The position numbers were made by a program, and so were the translations under genes. This document shows, in pieces, positions 20,135 through 25,712 of a stretch of DNA of 25,712 bases. The notes beneath the pieces were generated by a model. It was given only the letters and a program-made list of their open reading frames with translations, did not search any database and was not told where the DNA came from. Source of the stretch: a virus (lineage: Duplodnaviria; Caudoviricetes); the IMG/VR virus record IMGVR_UViG_3300020413_000070, positions 1 through 25,712 of that record; one strand, 5' to 3'. The stretch's first letter is position 1; the number at the start of each line of letters is the position of its first letter.

Positions 20135-20497
20135 ATGGCTCGGTACGAAGAATTTACTATAGATAAAGGTTCAGATATTTCAATTAGATTGGAATTAACT
20201 GATGCTGGTGGAGCTAAGAAAAACTTAACTGATCATTCTTTAAGAGCCAGAATAAAGAAGAATTATAATGACAGTGCAGGAGAAGCTGTTGAATTTTTTA
20301 CAGCAATACCTCTTGCAACTCAAACTGATGGAGTAGTAACTTTAGGATTAACGCATAGCCAAACTAAAGGGATGAAAGCAGGAAGATACGTGTTTGATGC
20401 TGAGCTAAATCATATTGCTGCAGGTGGTCTTCGAATAAAGGAACGTGTTTTAGAAGGTGTCATTACTGTTACTCCTTCTGTAATGGATTCGGCATAG
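20135..20497 (+). CDS. BppU-like small virion adaptor protein
   Basis: 120 aa, IDKGSD....L.....NLT.....I.......F......G.VTL.LT..QT..MK.GRYVFD.E....RVLEG.ITVTP, the pattern of BppU-N-like fibre-attachment domains; directly precedes the fibre genes. Confidence 0.65.
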   Translation: MARYEEFTIDKGSDISIRLELTDAGGAKKNLTDHSLRARIKKNYNDSAGEAVEFFTAIPLATQTDGVVTLGLTHSQTKGMKAGRYVFDAELNHIAAGGLRIKERVLEGVITVTPSVMDSA

Positions 20498-20506
20498 GAG
20501 AAATAA

Positions 20507-22936
20507 ATGGCGACAATCGTAAATACAATCACTCAATCCACCCCGAGCTCATCACCGGCTGAGGGTCAAGAAAAGAAAAATTTCGATTCGTCAAGAATAG
20601 ACTTTTTATCAAGCTCATTTGCAAACATTGATTCCGGAAGATATACAAATCTTCATGTTGATTCAGGGCATATTAATATATTAACAGCTAATAGTATTAG
20701 TTTTACTGGATTAAACGTAGACTCTGGTAATATTACCACATTATCAACAACGACTTTAAATCCTGCTACTATTAATGCTACAACAATTAACGGTGATTCT
20801 GGTAACTATACAAACCTTACGGCAGTTAATTTAACTGCTACTAATTTAAATATTAGTAATGGTACTACACTTTCTTTTGCAGGTATCTTTACAAATTTAA
20901 CGGCCGACTCAGCCAATATTACAAATATCACATCTAATACTTTAAAAAGAACTCCTCCTGCCGGTGTTACACCTGGTAAATACGGTCAAATGGGAGGTAA
21001 TAGTAAATTATCTAAAGCACCAATCATAACAGTTGATTCTTCTGGATTTATTAATATCACAGATCAAGGTGCTGTTGCTGGTGTTGCAAGTACTGCTTTT
21101 GATAGTGCTAGTTTTAACTTTAGTATTAATACTACTGATAGTGGAAGTACGCCAGTAGTTAAAATGGCTCATACAAGAAAGCCTGGTTTAGAGGCAAGTG
21201 CAAGTTTTTACGGAACAGCATCAAAAGTTCCAACAATTAAAATAAATGAATACGGTCATGTTGATAGTATTGCTTTAGTCGATATTGCAGGAATTAGTGG
21301 TACAAATTGGGATTCTGCTAATTCAACATTTCAAATTACTCAAACAGATGGTACTACAGTAAGTGAAGTTATTAATGGTTGGGGTGACAACCAAAAAATA
21401 TATTTCGGTGCTGGACAAGATTTAGAAATATATCATGATACGTCAAACAGTGTTATTAGAGATGGTGGAACTGGTAGTTTAATTATTGCTGGTGATACAA
21501 TTCAAATAATGAATGCAGCACAAACAGAAACAATGGGTTTGTTTCAACAAGATGCTGCTACTTCAATACATTATAATAATGATCCTAAATTATTAACAAC
21601 CGCAACAGGTGTTCAAGTAAGTGGTACCGCAGTAACAACTGCTGGGATTACTGCAGGTAGTCATATCTTACCGGCAACTGATGGCGACGTTGATCTTGGA
21701 TCTTCTACAAAGAAATTTAGAGATTTACATTTAAGTGGTTCAACTCTTAAAATTGGAACTATACAATTTAAAGACAGCGCATCCGGATTAAGAGTAGAAA
21801 AGATTACTGGCAATGAAGTAGTTCCAATTGTTTTTAGAGAGCTTGAAGTTGATTCTGCCACAGTATCAGGGAATATAACTGCCGGTACTTTTACAGGTGA
21901 CGGTAATGCTCTTACTAATTTTAATGCAGCTCAAATTAGAACGCACATGTCTGCAGGAACCGGTGTTGGATTTGCAAGTGGCGTTATATCGATTGGCCAA
22001 GCAGTAGGTACAGGTAATGACGTACAATTTAAAGATCTTTTATTAACTGGAGATTTAACAGTTCAAGGTACTACAACAACCATTAGTAGTGCAACAATGG
22101 ATGTTACAGATAAAAATATCACTATAGCAAAAGGTGCTGCTGATGCTTCAGCCGCAGACGGTGGTGGTATAAACATTGAAGGTGCTGGTGCTAACTTTAC
22201 TTACACAAGTAGTAATGATAGATGGAATATGAATAAAGCCCTTGTGGTTTCAATGGTACACGGCAACGTAACTGGTACTGTAACTGATATTAGTAATCAC
22301 AGTACTGATACTCTTTCAGAAGGTTCTACAAATCTATATTTTACACAAGGTAGAGCAAGACAATCTATTAGCGGCGACAAAGGTTTAACTTATAACTCTG
22401 GCGCCGGAATAATGGATGTTGATTCATCAAATATTATAGAATTTACAAGAGCTTCTTTAGGAGGCGATAAAGGTTTAACTTATAATACCACAACCGGTGT
22501 CATGGATGTTGATTCTGCTAACGTCAAAGAAATGTTTACCGGTGCAAATAACATAGTTTATAATAATTCCACTGGACAAATTCGTACAAATATAACAAGT
22601 GCAGATCTATCAACAGATAGTTCTTATTTAACTGCCACATCATCTAATCAACTAATATCATCGATATCAGCATTAACTCACAGAAGCGTAAAGTTTTTAG
22701 TACAAGTTCGTGTAGATGCCGGTGGTGAAAAAGTTCAAACTTCGGAAATAAATGTTATACATCAAGGTGGTAATGCGTTTATGACTGAATACGGTAGAGT
22801 AGGTAATACTGACGATAATTTGGCTACATATGATGCAGATATAAATTCAAACAATTTAAGATTGTTGGTGACTCCAGCAAATGCAAATACTGAATTTAAA
22901 GTATTTAAAACGGCAGTCAAAATTAATACAACTTAA
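20507..22936 (+). CDS. Tail fibre / fibre-like virion protein
   Basis: 809 aa, T/S/G/N-rich with phage fibre modules (FGAGQDLEIYHD, ILPATDGDVDLGSSTKKFRDLHL, GDLTVQGTTTT, TDTLSEGSTNLYFT..RAR, GDKGLTYN repeats); GGAG RBS upstream. Confidence 0.8.
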   Translation: MATIVNTITQSTPSSSPAEGQEKKNFDSSRIDFLSSSFANIDSGRYTNLHVDSGHINILTANSISFTGLNVDSGNITTLSTTTLNPATINATTINGDSGNYTNLTAVNLTATNLNISNGTTLSFAGIFTNLTADSANITNITSNTLKRTPPAGVTPGKYGQMGGNSKLSKAPIITVDSSGFINITDQGAVAGVASTAFDSASFNFSINTTDSGSTPVVKMAHTRKPGLEASASFYGTASKVPTIKINEYGHVDSIALVDIAGISGTNWDSANSTFQITQTDGTTVSEVINGWGDNQKIYFGAGQDLEIYHDTSNSVIRDGGTGSLIIAGDTIQIMNAAQTETMGLFQQDAATSIHYNNDPKLLTTATGVQVSGTAVTTAGITAGSHILPATDGDVDLGSSTKKFRDLHLSGSTLKIGTIQFKDSASGLRVEKITGNEVVPIVFRELEVDSATVSGNITAGTFTGDGNALTNFNAAQIRTHMSAGTGVGFASGVISIGQAVGTGNDVQFKDLLLTGDLTVQGTTTTISSATMDVTDKNITIAKGAADASAADGGGINIEGAGANFTYTSSNDRWNMNKALVVSMVHGNVTGTVTDISNHSTDTLSEGSTNLYFTQGRARQSISGDKGLTYNSGAGIMDVDSSNIIEFTRASLGGDKGLTYNTTTGVMDVDSANVKEMFTGANNIVYNNSTGQIRTNITSADLSTDSSYLTATSSNQLISSISALTHRSVKFLVQVRVDAGGEKVQTSEINVIHQGGNAFMTEYGRVGNTDDNLATYDADINSNNLRLLVTPANANTEFKVFKTAVKINTT

Positions 22937-23770
22937 TAACGGCAGTTAAAATTACAGGATAAATCATATGCCTATTAGAAAAATAACGTTACAAAGAGCG
23001 GCTTCTGATAAACCGCAGCTGGGTGCAGATTATATTGATTCAAGCTTTGCACTAGACTCGGCAGAAGCAATTCAGCTACTAGGATTTAATCCAACACTTG
23101 GTAATAGTTTTGTCGACTCTGCAGAAGCTAAAAAACTTATTGAAGGAGATAAAGGTTTAACTTATAATACTGGTACCGGTGTTATGAGTATTGATTCTGC
23201 AAACATCAAAGAAATGTTTGAAGGTGACAAAGGTTTAGTTTATAATAATTCTACCGGTGTTTTTAATTTAGATTCAGCAAACGTTATTAGTTTTACTCGA
23301 GAATCGATATCTGGTGATAAAGGTTTAGTTTATAACAATGCTACTGGTGTATTTAATCTTGATTCAGCAAACGTTAAATCAATCTTTGGAACAGATAACA
23401 AAGGTTTAGTTTATAGTAATGGTACATTTAATGTTGACTCAGCAAATATAAAAAGTTTTACGGTTGCTGATGCGATTAATGATGGCACTACTACTATTGC
23501 GCCTTCACAAAATGCGGTGTTTGATGCACTAGCTCTTAAAGCAAATACGGCTGCAATACCAACTCTTGGTGGAAGTTTTGTAGACTCGGCTGAAGCGAGA
23601 AAACTAATTTCAGGTGATAAAGGGTTAACGTATAATAACGCAACTGGTGTCATGGATCTTGACTCTGCTAATGTCACAGAAGTTGCTAGAGCAAGTATTA
23701 TATCACATAATAAAGGAATAACATATAATAATACTAGTGGTGTTATTCAAGTCGACTCTTCAAATATCAA
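22373..23770 (+). repeat. Degenerate ~25-30-codon coding repeat GDKGLxYNxxTGVxx(V/L/I)DS(A/S)N shared by both fibre genes
   Basis: Two full copies at the end of the 809-aa gene and six in the next gene. 22466-22537 vs 23148-23219 match at 62/72 nt, with the first 23 nt identical. Confidence 0.9.
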
Positions 23771-25712
23771 CATTATAGCCGATGCAAGAATAACTACGGC
23801 TTTAGCTGGCAATATTATCATTGGTGGTACCTTAACAGTTAACGGTACTACAACTACTGTTAATTCAAATACTGTTAATATTGGTGATAATATAATTGTA
23901 TTGAATTCTGATGAAACTGGAGCTGCTTCACAAGACGCCGGAATTGAAATAGAAAGAGGTACTGACGCTAACGTTCTATTGAAATATGATGAAAGTTTAA
24001 ATAGATGGCGTTTTACTAATGATGGTACAACTTATCAAGATCTCGGAGCGGGTACCGGTGATATTACTGGTGTTGACATTACTGCAGGTACTGGATTAAC
24101 TGGCACGTTAAGTACAACTTCAGGTGATCATACACAAACAATTAATGTTGATGTTGGTACAAGCGCAAGTAAGATTGTACAGCTAGATGGTTCTGCTAAA
24201 TTGCCGGCAGTTGATGGATCAGCTTTAACTAATTTACCAGGAGGTTCTTTTGTTGGTTTATCAGATACTCCTGCAAACTTTACCGGTGCTGCAACTAAAA
24301 TAGTAAGAGTTAATGCCGCCGGAAATGCATTAGAATATTTATCTGATACTACATTAGTTGATGCTGATTTTTCTTCTGCTGGTTTAATGAAAACAGATGG
24401 TGCTGGTAATTATTCATTAGTTACTGATGCTAGCGCCAATTGGAATACCGCTTTTGGTTGGGGTAATCATGCGAGTGCTGGATATTTAACATCACAAACA
24501 TCTCATGCTGATGTTCTAGTTGATGGTGATTTTTCATCAGCAGGTATTATGACAACAAATGGTTCTGGCACTTATACAGTAATTACTGATGCTAGTTCAA
24601 ATTGGAATACTGCGTTTGGCTGGGGTAATCATGCTAGCGCTGGCTATCTTACTGGCACTTTACCAACTTTAGGTGGAAGTTTTGTAGACTCGGCTGAAGC
24701 TGCTAAAATACCAGAAACAGAATTTAGTGTTACAACAGCAAATGGCGGTGTATACAAATTTACTGGTGATGGTTTTCCTACACAATCTGGTGATAATCCA
24801 CCAATCTTTTTTACTCGTGGTAAAAAATATGTTATAAACAATTCTTCTCATTCAGGACATCCACTTTATATTAAAACAACTGCAGGTGCTGGAACTGGAA
24901 ATCAATATTCATCCGGAGTAACTGGACAAGGAACTGTTAAGGTTACTTTTGAAGTTCCGATGGACGCACCTAAAGTATTATACTACCAATGTTCTGCTCA
25001 CACAGCGATGTATGGTCCGATTTATATATTAAATGATACATTTGGTCCTGATTCTTCTGGAGTTAATACATTAGCAGATGCTAGAATTGCTGCTGCTTCA
25101 ATTAACGCTTTATCAGACGTAAATACTGCAGGTATATCAAGTGGCCAAGTTTTAAAATATAACGGATCACAATTTGTAGCTGGTAACGATTCGAGCACAA
25201 TTGGTATTCAATTCGCAGATTCAAATGGAACATTAGCAACATCCGGCACGTTAGTAACTTTTACTGGAACCGGTGTTACTGTTTCTGGATCAGGCGCAAG
25301 TAAGACCGTTAATATTACAGGTGGAGGTGGAGGAGGAGGCGGATCTCTTAACAATATTGTTGAGGATACCACACCACAATTAGGCGGAAATTTAGATGTA
25401 AATGGCCAAAAAATAACTAGTGTTTCAGGTGGTAATATTGATATTGAACCAAATGGAACAGGTGACGTATTACTTGGTAATTTCAGATTTGATGCCGATC
25501 AGAGCGTTGGTTCTGGTCAAGACAACCACGTTTTAACTTATGATAATTCAACCGGAAAAATAAGTTTAGAAGCATCTGCAGGCGGCGGTGGTGGAAGTGC
25601 TATTACAATACAAGAAGAAGGATCCTCGTTATCAACTGCAGCATCTACAATTAATTTTGTTGGAGCAGGAATAACTGCTAGTGGAACAGGTTCAACAAAA
25701 ACAATTACAGTT
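22968..25712 (+). CDS. Long modular tail fibre protein, 3'-truncated by the window edge (absent from the supplied ORF track)
   Basis: My translation from ATG 22968 (AGGA upstream) is open for 915 codons to the window end: MPIRKITLQRAASDKPQLGADYIDSSFALDSAEA...; contains GDKGLxYN repeats, GTLTVNGTTTTVNS, two NWNTAFGWGNHASAGYLT copies, a cupredoxin-like domain, DTTPQLGGNLDVNG and poly-Gly linkers. Confidence 0.9.
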   Translation, partial: MPIRKITLQRAASDKPQLGADYIDSSFALDSAEAIQLLGFNPTLGNSFVDSAEAKKLIEGDKGLTYNTGTGVMSIDSANIKEMFEGDKGLVYNNSTGVFNLDSANVISFTRESISGDKGLVYNNATGVFNLDSANVKSIFGTDNKGLVYSNGTFNVDSANIKSFTVADAINDGTTTIAPSQNAVFDALALKANTAAIPTLGGSFVDSAEARKLISGDKGLTYNNATGVMDLDSANVTEVARASIISHNKGITYNNTSGVIQVDSSNINIIADARITTALAGNIIIGGTLTVNGTTTTVNSNTVNIGDNIIVLNSDETGAASQDAGIEIERGTDANVLLKYDESLNRWRFTNDGTTYQDLGAGTGDITGVDITAGTGLTGTLSTTSGDHTQTINVDVGTSASKIVQLDGSAKLPAVDGSALTNLPGGSFVGLSDTPANFTGAATKIVRVNAAGNALEYLSDTTLVDADFSSAGLMKTDGAGNYSLVTDASANWNTAFGWGNHASAGYLTSQTSHADVLVDGDFSSAGIMTTNGSGTYTVITDASSNWNTAFGWGNHASAGYLTGTLPTLGGSFVDSAEAAKIPETEFSVTTANGGVYKFTGDGFPTQSGDNPPIFFTRGKKYVINNSSHSGHPLYIKTTAGAGTGNQYSSGVTGQGTVKVTFEVPMDAPKVLYYQCSAHTAMYGPIYILNDTFGPDSSGVNTLADARIAAASINALSDVNTAGISSGQVLKYNGSQFVAGNDSSTIGIQFADSNGTLATSGTLVTFTGTGVTVSGSGASKTVNITGGGGGGGGSLNNIVEDTTPQLGGNLDVNGQKITSVSGGNIDIEPNGTGDVLLGNFRFDADQSVGSGQDNHVLTYDNSTGKISLEASAGGGGGSAITIQEEGSSLSTAASTINFVGAGITASGTGSTKTITV
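23568..24700 (+). repeat. Exact 29-nt direct repeat GGTGGAAGTTTTGTAGACTCGGCTGAAGC (23568-23596 and 24672-24700)
   Basis: Encodes part of PTLGGSFVDSAEA; a diverged third copy (PTLGNSFVDSAEA) starts at 23091. Confidence 0.92.
24354..24653 (+). repeat. Tandem coding duplication with a 162-nt (54-aa) period
   Basis: LVDxDFSSAGxMxTxGxGxYxxxTDASxNWNTAFGWGNHASAGYLT at 24354-24491 and 24516-24653. Confidence 0.9.
24717..25030 (+). other. Cupredoxin-like (type-1 copper) domain inside the fibre ORF
   Basis: NPPIFFTRGKKYVI...SGHPLYI...APKVLYYQCSAHTAMYGPIYI gives His631, Cys675, His678 and Met681 of the ORF starting at 22968. Confidence 0.8.

Noticed and set aside
22373-24700. Repeats as a CRISPR array or a diversity-generating retroelement TR/VR pair
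   Set aside because: They are in-frame coding repeats varying mainly at synonymous positions, with no constant repeat-spacer period, no adenine-specific mismatch pattern and no cas or reverse transcriptase gene in the window.
10196-24851. Short alternative ORFs in the supplied track (10196-, 10525+, 11903-, 14890-, 16143-, 18596-, 19461+, 21661-, 23411-, 24644-, 24669-)
   Set aside because: All are 60-89 aa, lie wholly inside well-supported + strand genes (including the unlisted 22968 ORF) and show no recognisable motifs.
25320-25598. GGN-rich tracts as G-quadruplex or microsatellite elements
   Set aside because: They encode poly-Gly hinges between fibre modules with mixed codons.
20507-25712. 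Excess GATTC/GACTC (GANTC, the alphaproteobacterial CcrM methylation site) as a DNA-level signal
   Set aside because: The sites sit in one codon phase (GAY TCN = Asp-Ser), and many DS motifs in fibre 1, gp8 and the adaptor use GAY AGY, which is not GANTC. A protein-level motif explains both.
22937-25712. Apparent 2.7-kb non-coding region in the ORF track
   Set aside because: It is one continuous open frame from ATG 22968, omitted only because its stop lies beyond the window.
20507-25712. DS motifs as phosphopantetheine attachment sites
   Set aside because: Carrier proteins use (G)xDS(L/I) at the start of a helix in a small helical bundle; here the next residue is A/S/G in a beta-rich fibre and no PPTase is present.

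Overview
All supported genes are on the + strand. The window is part of the late (virion) region of an AT-rich T4-like myovirus; the gene order resembles marine pelagimyophage/cyanomyophage-type genomes, but the host cannot be determined from this window. Order: gp25, gp6, gp7, T4-type late promoter (TATAAATA), a small protein with a gp9/gp10-type N-terminus, gp8, a VrlC/DUF4815 protein and four small/unknown ORFs. Next comes a tightly coupled, more AT-rich enzyme cassette: 3 GT-A glycosyltransferase-like genes, a SAM methyltransferase, 3 radical SAM proteins with N-terminal twitch/SPASM-like Cys clusters and a kinase-fold protein. A second late promoter precedes a BppU-like adaptor and two repeat-rich tail-fibre genes; the second (22968 to beyond 25712) is missing from the supplied ORF track because it runs off the window. 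The most striking signal is a strong excess of an Asp-Ser-(Ala/Ser/Gly) tripeptide in the fibres and other outer virion proteins, absent from the enzymes. This suggests a phage-encoded virion glycosylation/modification system with its own acceptor motif (hypothesis). The second fibre also carries a complete type-1 copper (cupredoxin) ligand set. No tRNA, rRNA, CRISPR array or mobile element was seen. Family calls come from motif recognition by eye, not database searches; counts are manual.
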